In this document: piece by piece, positions 45,852 to 59,049 of the stretch
Layout: every line of letters begins with the position of its first letter
How positions within the stretch are numbered: the stretch's first letter is position 1
Assembly (NCBI RefSeq): GCF_000315625.1
Contig: NW_005434646.1
Span: 638,534 to 702,533, forward strand
Length of the DNA: 64,000 nt
DNA from: Guillardia theta CCMP2712
Lineage: Eukaryota > Protista > Cryptophyta
Direction: 5' to 3'
The notes under the pieces: generated by a model
Seen by the model: only the letters and a program-made list of their open reading frames with translations
Databases searched by the model: none
What the model was told of the DNA's origin: nothing
Translations under genes and position numbers: made by a program

Positions 45852-48800
45852 ATGTCGGAAATCATCCTCGGAGGTCTTGACTCCTTCAGCAAAGAAACGA
45901 GGTAAACTACACCCTCTTCCTTCCGTCTTGCTGACCTCTTCTCTTGGTTGCTTCTCTCCTCTCGCCGCATTGCCGCCCGGCTCGTCTCCTCCTTGTCGCC
46001 AGCATTCTAAATCAATTCCTCTTCCCTGCTCCGAGATCGTCCTACACATGGGCAAACTTCAGAGGAAAGATGATCTGTGTGGTGGGGCGGGAAGGGAATG
46101 TCGTTCCCTGCATGCTGATCCCAGGAGAGTCGTTGGCGTCCACCTCCGAGAAGAAGGAGCACGCGTCCTGCCTCGCCATCTACTGCCATGCCAACGGCGA
46201 GGATGTCGGTATCCTGCATGAAGCCGGCAAGTGGATCTCCGACCATCTCGGCGTTCACTTCATCATCCCCGAGTACCCGGGCTACGGCATGGCACCTGGT
46301 GCGACTCGCTGCCCCTTCCTCCCTTGCGCTCCTCTGACGTCCCGTGTAGGTCAACCCAATGAGCTGAGTGTGAACAGAAACATCCGGGCAGCGTATGAGT
46401 TTGCCGTGCACGGACTGCAATGGGACCCTTCCCACATCATCTTCGTGGGGCGATCGATCGGGACAGGGTAGAACTGACCTCCGCTTCCTCCTGCTGCCTT
46501 GAGTCCAAGGGAAATCCGTCGGAACTTGCTCGATTGCAGTCCCCCCCCTTCCCCTCTCCTCTCCTCTCCACTCCTCTCCTCTCCACTTCGCCCTCCCCTC
46601 CCCTTTATCGTCCCTGCCTCTCATCGTCTCGTTCGCAGACCAGCGGTGAGGATGGCGGCAGAAGTCCGCTGCGGGGGCTTGATCCTCATCAGCCCCTACA
46701 CGTCCGTGAGAGACATGGTGAGACAGAGAGGATGAGGACGGAGAGCGAGCGAGCGAGCGAGCGAGCGAGAGGAGAACTGCAAGAGAGAGGGGAGAGGAGA
46801 AGCACTGACTGCAAGCGAGAGGGGAGAGGAGGAGCACTGACTTGTCCCTCAGGTGCGCAGACACGCAGGCTCACTCACCTCGTGGTTGACTGCCGACTTG
46901 ATCAACATCTTCCCATCGGAGGAGACCATCCCCTTCGTCCGGTACCCACCCCCACCTCCATCCCCAGCTCCACCCTCACCTCCATCCCCACCTCCATCTC
47001 CACCTCCATCCCCAGCTCCACCCCCACCTCCACCTGCCTCGCTACCCAGTATTTCTCCTCCCCCTCCCTCCATCAACACTGTCGACACCCCTCACTCCTC
47101 CCAACCCCTCCCCTGCTACCACCACCATCACCACCATCATCAGCAGCACCTCCACTTCCTCCTTCCCCTTCTCCTCCTCCCTCTTTCCCTACCCTTCATC
47201 CTCCCCCTCCCCTCGAGCGTGACTGGAAATTCAGCTGCCCCCTCCTCCTCGTCCATGGCAGCAACGACAAGGTTTCGCTTCCTTGCATCCTCTCGATCGG
47301 CTCAGCCTCGCAAGCAGATCATTCCCTCGGAGCACGCGATGAAACTCTACACAGCTGCGCAAGTGGAGGAGAAGAAGCTGGTGAGGAGGTGGTGGAGGGC
47401 AGCGGTTGCAGAGAGGGGAATGGCAGCGACCACGAGGACGAAGACGAGGAGGTAGAGGAGGTAGAGGTAGATGACGAGGACAAGGAGGTACAGGACGAGG
47501 ATGACGATTAGGATGAGGAGGTCGAGGTTGAGGAACACAGGACGAGGAGGCAGAAGACGACGAGGGGGATGCAGCAGAGAGGGGAGTAAACTGAGTTGGC
47601 AAGCAGGTTCTCATCGAGGGTCTAGGGCATCACGGTCTTGATCTTCACCTCGCCGTCGCTCAGGAGGCTCCACAACTTTTCAACCTCAACAGCAAACCCA
47701 GAGTGATAACCCCTCCTCCTCCCCGTCATAACCCCTCCTCCTTCCCTCCTCCCTCCCTGTCATAACCCCTTTTTCGCTTTCTCTCTACAACTTTCCTCCT
47801 CCTCCTCCTCCTCCTCCTCCTCCTCCTCCTCCTCCTCCTCCTCCTCCTCCGCCTTCCCATCCTCCTTCTCACCTTTTTCTCCTTCAGCCGCTCAACCTGG
47901 ATAAATATCTTCGAGACTCTTCCCTTCACCGCAAGTCTATCGCGTCACCCGTTCCGGGTTACACTGCCTTTTCCTCCCTTTCTCTTCCTCCTCCTCCTCT
48001 CCCCTCTCCCTTTCTCTTCCTCCTCCTCCTCTCCCCTCTCCCTTTCTCTTCCTCCTCCTTCCCCTTACCCCTCTCCCTTTCTCCGCTGCCTCCTCTTGTT
48101 CTTCTTCGAGAGCTCGAGCTGACATTCGGTTGCAGCCTATGACGTTCGTTTCAAGTCTTGGTGTCTCCCATCCCTCCCCCCAGTGAGCTTTCGAGCCCCC
48201 CCTTCCCTACATTCCCTCCTCCTCCTTTTCATCATCCGCTTCCTCCTCCTCCTCCTCGTCATCCTCTCCTCCTCCTTTCCATCATCCGCTTCCTCCTCCT
48301 CCTCCTCGTCATCCTCTCCTCCTCCTTTTCATCATCTGCTTCCTCCTCCTCCTCGTCATCCTCTCCTCCTCCTTTTCATCATCTGCTTCCTCCTCCTCCT
48401 CCTCCTCGTCATCCTCTCCTCCTCCTTTTCATCATCCGCTTCCTCCTCCTCCTCCTCGTCATCCTCTCCTCCTCCTTTTCATCATCCGCTTCCTCCTCCT
48501 CCTCCTCGTCATCCTCTCCTCCTCCTTTTCATCATCCGCTTCCTCCTCCTCCTCCTCGTCATCCTCTCCTCCTCCTTTTCATCATCTGCTTCCTCCTCCT
48601 CCTCCTCGTCATCCTCTCCTCCTCCTTTTCATCATCTGCTTCCTCCTCCTCCTCCTCCTCCTCGTCATCCTCTCCTCCTCCTTTTCGTCGTCATCGTCCT
48701 CCTCCTCCTCCCCCTCCTTCTCCTTGTCTTCGTCTTCCTCCTCTCCCCTCCTCTCCCCTCTTCCTCCTCTTCATCTCCCCCCCCTTCCCTTCCCCATCGC

Positions 48801-49420
48801 CGATCGCTCAACGGCTTCCCTCAGGATCAGACTCCCTACCTTGTGGAGGAGGAGGAAAGAAACGCAGACAACAACAAGAAGGTCAAGTCACCGACCGGCT
48901 CCTCATGCCTCCTCCCCTTGCCCGCCCCTCCTTACCCCCGCCCCCTCGTTCTCACACTCACTTGGTCCTCGCAGATGTTGACAGATGAAATTTTTCGTGA
49001 TCATTTGCTGCGCAGCAAAGATGTAAGGCTCTTCTCCCTTCCTCCCTCTCCCTCTTCTTCCTCCTCTCTCCTCTTCCTCACTCATCGAACAGGTTAACCC
49101 TGCACTCTTCAAACCTTCTCCACATGTTGAGAAGGAGAAGGCCAAACAATTTTTCGCCACGGACAGCTCGGGCAAGGTTTGCGCACCTCTCAGAATCCTT
49201 GCTCCGTCTCTTGTCTTCGTCGTTTCCTCCGTCCTCCTCCTCCTCCTCCTCCTCCTCCTCCTCCTCCTCCTCCTCCTCCTCCTCCTCCTCCCCATCCACT
49301 CCCTCCCCTTCGCCTCCCCTCTCCCTCTCTGAGCTCCGCTCAAACTTCTGCCGCAGATAGTCTCGACCGACGAGGTCCACGCCAAGTATTCCAAGTTGTT
49401 TGTTTATTGAAGCTGTAAAG
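45852..49420 (+). CDS. ABHD17/ABHD12-like alpha/beta hydrolase, multi-exon (catalytic core 45852-47700)
   Basis: LFPAPRSSY, YCHANGEDVG, EYPGYG, PNE, GRSIGTGP (nucleophile Ser), LILISPYTS, LLVHGSNDKIIP..HA..LY, IEGLGH. 3' end approximate. Confidence 0.87.
48215..48690. repeat. ~50-bp pyrimidine-rich minisatellite (~9-10 copies, variable CCT count), intronic
   Basis: Unit CCTCCTTTTCATCATCCGCTTCCTCCTCCTCCTCCTCGTCATCCTCTCCT repeated head-to-tail. Confidence 0.92.
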
Positions 49421-52400
49421 TAGCGCCGAAGGAGCAAGAGAACAAGAGGGGAGGAGAGAGACGAAACTAGGAGCAAGACGAGGGAGGGGGGGAGGGACAA
49501 GTAGGGAGGGAGAATATCGAGGGAGCAAAGAGCTGAGAGGCGTCAAACTTGCCAGCACTCGACCAGCACTGGAGGAACAAGTCAGCAAAGTGAGGAGGAA
49601 GGCAGGCGTTCACCTCCTCTTGGATCTCTTGCCGCCGTCTTCCCTCCCATCGTCTCCTCCTCCTCAATCTCAAAGGAGGTCTGACGGAGCTGGTCCTCCT
49701 TCTCCTCCTCCTCCTCCTTCTCCTCCTCTTCCTCCTCCTCCTCCTCCTCCTCCTCTTCGCTCTCCATTTTTCCTGCTTCACTGCCCAAGTTGTTTCCCTC
49801 CTCTTCGGTATTCCCGATGCTGCTCAGTTCCAGTGGGTCGTTTGCTATAGACGAGGAGGAGCAGGAGGCCGCTCGTCCTTTCCCTAGGCTCCAATCCTCC
49901 TCTTCAACTTCCTCCTGTTCCCGCTCCAGCCTCTTCAAGATGAGCTTTGCTACATCCGTCTCCTGCTACTAGTCATCCTCCTCCTCCTCACTTTCCCCTT
50001 TGCCTCTCTCACCTGTTCTTCTCTCTTCCTTTCCCTCGCCGCTTGTCGCAATTGCGCACGCAGCTCCTCCACCTCCTGCATGTGCTCTATCGCCTGCTGC
50101 TGCAGCTCTCCCTGGTAGACAATGGCCGCAGCCTCTTGAGATTCCTGCAGTAGCGTTGAGGAGGAGGCGGCAGAGGAGGAGGAGGCAGTGAGAGGAGTGA
50201 GAGAAGGAGCGAGAGCGAGAGCGGGAGGATGGAAAGAGGAAGGTCAAGCAGGAGAGCTTACGATGCTTCTCTGTAGCGCGAGGATCTGCTCCTGCAGCTC
50301 TGATATCCTCTCCTCCTGTCTCGTCTGCAGGAAGTGAGAGGAGAGGCGAGCATCCTCCCCCTCTCGTCCCTCCTGCAGCATCAGGTAAAGACTCTCAGTG
50401 ATCGAGAGAGTCTCCCCTAGGAGGCCTGTGAGGAGGAGGACTGACTCCTGTGCTGCTGTCGAAGCTGCTACTTGCTTCCTGCTCGGCTGCGCCTGCCGTC
50501 TGAGCCGCACGGAGAATTCGATGGCAGCAGGAGGGCGAAGGAAGGAGAGCGTGACGTCCGAGCCATCCTGAGGCAGAGGCTCAGACCGAGCGAGAGAAGA
50601 GAAGAAGAGGCAAAGAGACGCGGAGGAGGGGGGCAGGAAGAAGGAACGAGGGAGAGGATGTGACGGGTCAGACGGGAGGGAGGAGGGGATGAGAGACCGG
50701 TCCCTGGACGAGGGAAGAGACTTCTTCTAGCCTCTTGTCTCTCACGCTGACGCCATCGATGGCTACCAGCACGTCTCCTCGCTCGATCGCTCCTGACATG
50801 GCAGCAGGCATGTCCTCGAGGAGGAAGTCGACCTGGCAGGGTGTTAGGAGACGAGGAAGCAGCGCGGTCTCACACCAGGAAGCTGGTGGCTGGTCGAGGG
50901 CGGGGTTTGAAGGAGAGAAGATTCTCGAGGTCCTGCGAGCCCAGGAGGGAAGGGGAGGATGAGGGAGAGAGGGAAAGAGGAAGGAGTCGCTCAGCAAGCA
51001 TCATGCCAACTCCCCCGATCGGCTTCTCTGCCTGCAAGTTGACCTCCTCCACCTCCTCTGCCCTCCTCGCCTCCGCCAGGAGTGTAGCAGCTGCCTCCTG
51101 AACCAACAGCGCCCAGGCGTCGAAGACTTGGCTCTTCCTCCTCCTCCTACAGAAGGAAGAGCTTCAATCAAAAAGAACAGAAGCGGGGGGAGGGGGGGGG
51201 GGGGCAGATGAGGAGGAAAGGACGAGGAGGGAAGAAGAAGCGGGAGCAAAAGAGAAGGGAGGACAAACGAGGGAGAATGAAGAGGAGAGCTGAGGAGGGG
51301 AGAGGAGAGGAGAGGAGAGGAGAGGAGAGGAGAGGCCGAGGGATTTCAAAGTCTCACTTTTTGATGTGAATGGTCTTGATCATGACTCGACGTTCATCTG
51401 CCTCATCCTCAGCCAACCGCCTCCTCCCCCCGTCAAAACCTCTTCGCCCCCTCCAGCCGAGGAAGCAGCTTCGCAAGTTGGATCGCAGAACTGCAGAGAC
51501 GAATGAGAAGGAGGCGAAAACGAGGTGAAAAGATAAAGAAGAGGAGCAGGAACATGAACATGAGGAGGAGGTCGAGGCAGGAAATCCCCTCTTATACTAC
51601 CTCTAGCAAGCAGCTGCTGAAACGAATAATTTCGCAGGCGGTGAAGTTGGTTCTGAGAGAGGGAGACATCTCAAGCGTCAATGAATCGCAACCACAACAA
51701 CAACCGCACAGACTTCAAAGACAACTACAATGACAGCGAGAAGGGAGCAGACTCGACTGGTATCTCATCGCTCGTTTCATCATCGTAATCATCACATGTA
51801 CCTTGTAGTCTGTCTTGAGCTGCGGAGGAACGAGGCCGATGTCAGTCAGCAGCATGTGACAGCAACAAGCTGACCGCTTCTCCATCAATCGCTGCAGACT
51901 TGCGCTTGCAGGAGACGCAGAACCAACTCTCGAGGAAGAGCCGCATGGTAGACCGAGCTCTAGCCACAGGATGAGACGAGGACAATGGGCTGGAGAGAGA
52001 AGAAAGGACATTGAGGAGGCAGAGGAGGCAGAAGAGGAGGGTGCGAGCAGGGGCAGTGAAGGTGCAGGAGGAGGCGAAGAAGACTGTTGAGCAAACGTTT
52101 CACCTCCTGGAGGCCACGAACATGGCGATGGAGCAGTGGATGGCGAGGAGGCGAGACCTGTAGGAGGAGACTGACTCCTCGACTCGTCGCGACCTGGCGC
52201 CCGTCAGACCCCCAGCGCAGCTCCAGCTGGATCACCTCTTCATCTTCGAGCTGTGCTCCCGATGCTCCGCCAGCACGATAAACGCTTCCTCCTGGTCAGG
52301 AGTAAGCAGGGTGGGAGGCAAGAGGCAAGAGGCAGCAGCGCTCTGACCTTCATCCTTCCTTCACGTTGTGCCCGTCTGTTCATCTCCAGCCTCTGCCATC

Positions 52401-52734
52401 GTCGCCTCAATCGCACATAAGCGATCCACTGTCGACATGCTGCCCGCGCTCTCGCCCCGAGCCCTCTTCCTCTTCTCATCCTGCCGGGCTCGGCAAGGGC
52501 AGAGGCTGGTCGCCGCTTGTCTCGATCAAGTTTGGAGAGCAGCACCTCAACCCGCGCGTGCATCTCATCAGCGAGAGAAGAAGCAAGTTGATCATGGTCG
52601 TGATAGCACACGAAGCATGAAAAATCTGTATGAGCATCCATTTTCTTGTTGGCAACCGGCTGTTCAAGATTTTTCTTTGGCATTGTGAGGAAGTTTTCTT
52701 TCTTTACCTGCGACGATCTCATGCCTTCACTCAA
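49380..52734 (-). CDS. Coiled-coil and PDZ-domain protein, multi-exon
   Basis: IGGVGM...VDFLLEDMPAAMSGAIERGDVLVAIDGVSVRDKRLEEVSSLVQGP is a PDZ signature; flanking coiled-coil exons. Boundaries approximate. Confidence 0.65.
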
Positions 52735-52999
52735 CTTCTCCTCAGCATCTCATCTGAACGAGGATTCAATCATCAGAGTCTAACCATCGATAACAGCCCA
52801 TTTCTGTCAATGATCTCCTCCCCTTTGCCTCCTCTCCCCTCCTCCCTCCTGTCCTGTCCTGTCACTACACGCACTCTCATTCATCTGTTTGACGTTTAAA
52901 AGTATTTTATTGTTGGGCATGTGGGGGGATGCGGCCAGTCTCGCCGGCTCCGACTGAGTTTCAGCTGGCCTGACGACTCGCCGCCGGCTGCCTAGCAGA

Positions 53000-54000
53000 G
53001 GGTCGAAGACACAAGGACGCGGGGGGAGGAAGGAGGAGAGGAGGAGGAGAGGAGGAGGAGAGGAGGAGGAGGGGCGGGCAGCTCAGCCTCCAAGTTCACT
53101 GGTCGGTCATCGGAGCAGAAGCGTCGGACTGTCGACTGCGAGGAAGAATTAGACTCAGGAGCAGAATAGCCGAACAGACGCACGAGCGAAGAAAATCTCT
53201 GAGCCAGAAGAGATGATCCTTGGAGGAAGATTCCGGCGGCAAGCCCTCGTAGAACACGGGCCTGACGACCCTCGTCAACTCTCAGATCGCAACGAGAACC
53301 TCCTTACTTCCGATTGATCTGATGCTCCACGAGGTCGATGGCAAGATTCCCCTCGCTGCCTTGCACGTCAGCAAGCCTTCCCTCCCCTTCCCGTCGCATG
53401 CACCACCCCTCCCCTTCCCCTTCTCATCCACCACCCTTCCCCTCATTTGCACATGCCTGTCCCTGACGTTGACATCCACCCCCGCTTCCACCAGGACCGC
53501 CTGCGAGGAGTCAGGGGGCAAGAGGAGGCGGCAGGAAGTTTCACCGCCGTCTCGTTGTGGCCGCACATGCAGGCGGTGTGCAGAGCCGTCTGCGAGAACG
53601 AGTTCAAGGCGTTCACTTCCGCCCCGAGCTCCAGCAGCTTCCCGACGACGTCAGTCTGACCGTCAAACGCTGAGTGATGCTGCAACAGCTCTTAGTCTCC
53701 ACCCCATCCTCCTCCTCCTCCCCCTTCTCCTCCTCGTCCAGTCCCCCCCCTCCCCACTCTCCTGCTCCTTTCGCCACCCCCCCCGGTCCCTCGTGATTTC
53801 CTACTCACAAGAGGTGTTCCTCCATTTTCGCTCCTCCCCTCCAGGTCTGCCCCCAGCTCCCGCACGTACTCGATCACAGAGAGGTTGCCTCTGCTGCAAG
53901 CGACATGCATGGGGGTGAAGTCGAAGATGTCGGGGTTGTGATGATTGATGTCTGCTCCGTCCCGTAGCAGCTGTGTAAGGTTCTCCCTCCAATACGGATT
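53000..54000 (-). CDS. Ankyrin-repeat region, probably the C-terminal part of the gene starting near 57170
   Basis: FTPMHVACSRGNLSVIEY..ELGADL, HSAFDGQTDVVGKLLELGAEVNA, TALHTACMCGHNETAVKL, VEAGVDVNVRD. Confidence 0.85.
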
Positions 54001-54106
54001 CTACGAAAGCTTGTAAGACGGGAAGGGAAGAGAACACCAAGAGGATGAAGATGATCAGCATCCTGATCAGGAGGAGGAGGAAGAGAAGAGTGGTGTGGAG
54101 GAGGAA

Positions 54107-54213
<107 letters not shown>

Positions 54214-54289
54214 ATTAGTGATGATATAGGGGGGGGAAGAATGTCGAAGAGGAGCAGAGTAGGTGCAGGATGAGGAGGATCTCTTACTA

Positions 54290-57167
54290 AGGGTATGGTC
54301 ACTTCCAGCCGCTCGTCGTCTTCAGTCGGGGGTTCAACGGATTCAGTGAAGTTGGAACCAGCGAAGATCCAAGCGAAGACAAGCGCGTTCAGCTCAGACG
54401 TGCGTGTGATGTTCCATCGCAGCAAGATCTCGAGCTGAGAACAGCAGCCAGTTAGCGGGTCACGGGAGGATCGTACGGTCACCTTGCGTGCCTCCTCACT
54501 GTCAGGCAGAACTTCTGGATCCTTGGTCTGCGGACGTCAGACAAGAGGAGGAAGAGGAGGAGGGAAGAGAAGGCGAGAAGAGGAGGAGGCTCACTATGTT
54601 GTCAAAACGCTCGCTCATCGCCTTCAAGTCTGCCTCCTTCTTCTTTCGCTCTTCGATGACCTTCACTGCCATCGTGCGGGCCTGCGGATGGAGTGAGTCG
54701 AGCTGACGGGTGGGAGAGGGCGAGTCCACCTTCTCCATGACCTTCCGCATAGTCCGTGAGTTCACTGCAGGCAGCAAAGGATGGGAGTTGGGGATTCGAC
54801 AGGACCAGTATCCCTTGGGGTAGAAGAAGTTTCGGGGGTAGAGCGGATGCTGAGTCTGCCCTGTGAGCTCTTCTTGCCCCAACACGTTGTGCCAAGCGTC
54901 GGGATCATCGGGATACACCAACTCCGGGTTCTGTAGCAGGTGTCAACCGTCTCGCCATGCATCGTCTGCTACAAGCAGGCAAGGGCGAGGGAGAGGAAGG
55001 ATGGAGTACCAGCCCTCCGAAGCGAGGTTTGTCGGAGAAGATTGCTCTTAGGGTCTCGTTGAGCCCAAAAACTTGCTCGGGGTCTGGGCTGATGAGAGCA
55101 AGAGGGAGGATCTCGTCGATCAGGTAGCGGTACACCTCGCTCTGGTCCCTACAGACGTCCAGCAGTCAATCGTGCTGTAGCCCCAGCAGTTGATGAGAAG
55201 CAAGTCAAACCTTCGGTCAAGAATCCTTGCAGCTTCTTCTTTGCTCATAGGACCATCCTCGGGATACCCAATCTAATCCCAGTCAAGCTGGAATCATAAA
55301 ATGTTTTCACACACCTCAAACATGTCCTGGCGAAAGTGCTTGACTTCTATAGCTCGTTCGAACTCGTATCGAGCCGTCTTGTTCCTCCTCCAAGTCTCCT
55401 TCACATGCCAAGGGACATTCTCAAATCCTTGCTTCAAGGCCGTGAGATTCCTGATGTACTCCAGCCTCCTCCTGGCGCTATTCAAGATCTTCAGGTCCTA
55501 TGAAATTTCACCACACATCACTTGGAGGCGATTGAAAGCTTCGAGAGGAAATGGCTTCACCAAGCCCTGTCGGTCGCAGAAGGCCTGAAGGGACTCATTG
55601 AAGCCTTCGCACGTCTGAAATTTTTTCAGATGTAAAGAGAAGGTGGCGCCATCACTTGAACCTGTTCCATCACTTGTTTGAACTTGGGAGTCGGCTCATC
55701 ATCATCGGTGTCGCTTATCGGAATGTCACCACCCTCTAGTAGCCAGACCTATCGAGAGACGTCAAGAGGAGAAGCAGCTAATGCATGCTCACGTCCTCCT
55801 TCGTCTTGTTGCTGTTTTCATAGTGATCCATATTGTAATCATCATCATCTTGCGGAATTCCAAAATTGGGTTCCTGCTTGCAGGCATGACGAGGAGGGCA
55901 GAGATGGTGTGTTGAGCACCTCCCAAGGATCTGTGCCGAAGACGGATTGTCGAATCTTGTCCTTGTGAAGAACGATGCGCGGGAGGTCCGGGTAAGGCTA
56001 CCCATCCAGTTACGCCCGTAAGAAATCATCTCAATACCTGTGGATGCTGGGCTGTTGGAATGGTCGTGGTGTCGAGGGCAGCCAACAAGGAATCCTCTGA
56101 ATCGGGTTCTCCTCCTCTCATCGCTCCCACGCCAAGTCTCTGCCCGTTGATTCCCTTGAATGCAGTCTGCTGTCGAGGTCAGAAAAGCTTCATTTCAACC
56201 AGGAATCATCTTCATCTGCATGCATGCGAACCTTGATGTCTCGCGCTTCGCACGGGTTGAGATCCCCGGCCTCCTCTTCGCTGAATACGTTCTGACATAA
56301 GATAGTGAATCTCAACAAGATGATGCATTCGATGTCTCACGGCATCCCGTATGTTCTGAACTATCTCATCAGCATTCTCCAGACTGTAACTATTAAAACA
56401 TGTGTCAGAAGGTGGTCAGTGCAACACAATCAGCAACGTTTGCGAAGCAATTGACAGCCTCGATGAATCATTCAGGAGATCACCACTGCACCTCTCGTCA
56501 CATGAGCGTTGAAATCAGAAGGCATGAAGTAACATCCTTACCAACTTTGTATGAGATCCTTAGAGGTTCGCAAAAGCAAAAGCAACTTGTTTCCCAAAAT
56601 ATCGGTCCTTGCATTACGTAGAGGCACGAAGATTGGGGCTGGGTTGTTGACGCTCTTCAATCCTCCCTTCTTGTCGTACACAGAGCCATCATTGGCCACA
56701 TGATCTCCATAGATCTCATTGACTGCAATCTCAGCAACTTTACCAGCAGGCAGCAATAGAGAATCAGGGTCGTCGTTCTCCTTCAAGCAAAGTCTGGTGA
56801 GCGCCCTCTCATGTCCCAGGCGATCTGACAGCGAAGCCTCGAGCTGTTCGGTCTTGTCCCTGAGCAGAGAGAGCTCCTTCACCGCCTCTCTCACTTGGCC
56901 AGCCTCCAGCCTGCGACCTCGTCGATCATTCAACGTGGAGTTTGCGAACTCAGTTGCATATGACAACAAGGTAAGTTCATGGACTTGGTCTTCTCCGTCG
57001 TCTTCCAACATGAAACCTTCATTGTTTGTCAAAGTGTCTGAGCATTGAACTGCTTCGAGATGGCTTCTTCGCAAGGGGAACGACTCGCTAACCAAGGCCT
57101 GAGATGCGTTTGACCGCCTGTAGGCACTAAAAACGATAAAGAGCAATAGAGTTCCTTTTCTGAGCAT
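54290..57167 (-). CDS. Large hypothetical protein with N-terminal signal peptide, multi-exon, likely contiguous with the ankyrin repeats
   Basis: MLRKGTLLLFIVFSAY signal-like start, followed by a series of minus-strand exons separated by ~50-nt introns. No domain recognised. Confidence 0.5.
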
Positions 57168-57884
57168 CCTCGTGGGAAACGTCCAGCGCGAGATCAAGTG
57201 TTTATGCAGGTTGTGCTTGAGTTTCTACTCGGATGGTCTCCATGGAATTGCTTCGACGAAGTTCCCTAAGATCGTATCAAGCTACCTCCGAAGTTGGTGC
57301 AGTTCCAAGTGACCCCTCAAGGCCTGTCTTGTGCAACCATGAAGGCGCTGAGCGTCTGGTATCAGCTGCGTCGTTCTCCTTGCCCTCTCCTCTCCTTCTT
57401 CTGCTTCACTCCCAGCTTCTTACTCAACTTGATCTCCCTGCATGCCGTCGCATCCAACCGTTATAAAATCGAGTTTAGAGTAACGGATACAAGAGTAACG
57501 GATACAATTATGACGGTTATACATGGGATATGCTAGTGGCAGGTTACTAGTTAAGTGTTAGTGATCAGTAGCGGCGTCCGATCAATGCTCCGTCAACTGC
57601 CCGCTCCATTCCCCTGAGCTCCCCTGCCGGATCTTCCAAGCTGGATGACTACTTGTGCACTACTGCCAGGTCCGGGCCTGAGTCTGAGGGACACGCGTCG
57701 GGTTTCCGAAGAGTCCGCCAGGCCGGAGCGCGGCCGCCCGCCCGCCGCCGCGGGCCCGGCGGAGGACAGGCCAGGCCCGATCGGACTGGGCCCGGTCAGC
57801 CACATCAGCTTTTTACGTGACGTCTTTTTTTAAAATTGTTTTAGGTCTCTATAGAGGTAAGAAGTTGACTGAAAAATTGAAGGC

Positions 57885-58874
57885 ATGGCGATGGCGATGG
57901 TGTTGAGGGTGTTGGCGGGACTGAGTTTGATGGCGGGAGGAGAGGCGTTTGTGTGCTATCAGGTCTCCTCCCCTCACTCTCCCCTAGCGTCTCCATCCCT
58001 CTGCTATCAGCACTCGAGATGTAGCCTCCCACCTCGAGCATGGACGAGGAGATCGAGTCGACCTGCCGTCACCAATGTGATGAGCCTGGAAGACAACAAG
58101 AAGGAGGAGAAAGTATTGAATGGGATCAAGCATCCTCGAGAACGATTTGTTGCTCTCACTCGTGAACTAGGCAAGAACTTGAAGCTGGAAAAGGCTCTAT
58201 CTGAGAAAGGAGTTCGGACTGTAGAGCTCCCGTGCATTGCTTTCGAAGCTGGCATTGACTCAGACTCTCTTCCTTCAGCTCTCAAAGAGGATTGGGAGTA
58301 TGTAGTTGTGACCTCCCCTGAAGCGGCTTCTGTCTTTCTAGACGCATGGAGGCTTGCCTCCCAGCCCTCCCTGCAGGTTGCCTGCGTTGGGACGGGAACC
58401 AAGCAGGCGCTACAAGAGGGAGGCATCGAGCCCGTCTTCATGCCCAGCAAGGCAACAGGGAAGACACTGGCTGACGAGCTGCCAGGACCTCAGGGCAACG
58501 GACGAGTCCTGTATCCTGCGTCTGCCAAGGCTCGCACGGAGGTACAAGGAGGATTGACGGCAAGAGGCTTCACAGTCACACGGCTCAACACCTACGACAC
58601 GGTTTCAGCCACATGGTCGGAGCAGGAGCTGCAAATGGCTGCGAGCGCTGCTGTCGTCGCCCTCGCAAGTCCGAGTGCAGTGAAGACCTGGGCAGAGAGA
58701 CTGGGAACCAAACAGTATGCGGCATGCATAGGAGAAACTAGTGCTTCAGCCTGCAAAGAGCTGGGCTTCGAGCACGTATTCTGGCCTGAGAGCCCTGGAA
58801 TCCCAGGATGGGCACAGGCTGTACATGATGCGCTAGAGGAGATGGAGAGTGCTGAAATGAGCAGGAGCAAGTGA
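57885..58874 (+). CDS. hemD: Uroporphyrinogen-III synthase, plastid-targeted, intronless
   Basis: VALTRELGKN..L, ELPCI, VVVTSPEAA.VF, ACVGTGT, FMPSKATGKTLA.ELP, VLYPASAKA, RLNTYDT, ASPSAV, ACIGETSA. Signal peptide ends GGEA-F and is followed by a transit peptide. Confidence 0.95.
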   Translation: MAMAMVLRVLAGLSLMAGGEAFVCYQVSSPHSPLASPSLCYQHSRCSLPPRAWTRRSSRPAVTNVMSLEDNKKEEKVLNGIKHPRERFVALTRELGKNLKLEKALSEKGVRTVELPCIAFEAGIDSDSLPSALKEDWEYVVVTSPEAASVFLDAWRLASQPSLQVACVGTGTKQALQEGGIEPVFMPSKATGKTLADELPGPQGNGRVLYPASAKARTEVQGGLTARGFTVTRLNTYDTVSATWSEQELQMAASAAVVALASPSAVKTWAERLGTKQYAACIGETSASACKELGFEHVFWPESPGIPGWAQAVHDALEEMESAEMSRSK

Positions 58875-59049
58875 AGATGAGTCAAGAGGATGGTGAATTT
58901 GTAGAAATTTTGAAGGTGCAGGCAGTGGCTCAATGGGCAAGTGCGGACCTCTAAGACAAGAAGGCCTTGTCGTTTCTTTCTGTACATACGAACATCGAAC
59001 GGCCTGGCACTTCTTTCTAACTGGTAGAGGGTGAGGTCAGTTGACGCAT

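Noticed and set aside
48215-48690. Regular repeat array as a possible CRISPR, or Pro/Leu/Ser-rich ORFs
   Set aside because: Head-to-tail low-complexity units with no unique spacers and no cas genes, in a eukaryotic intron.
2321-52734. A broader signalling cluster (FHA, IQ, PDZ, ABHD17-like hydrolase with the kinases)
   Set aside because: These domains are common in eukaryotic genomes and are interspersed with housekeeping genes; there is no evidence of co-regulation.
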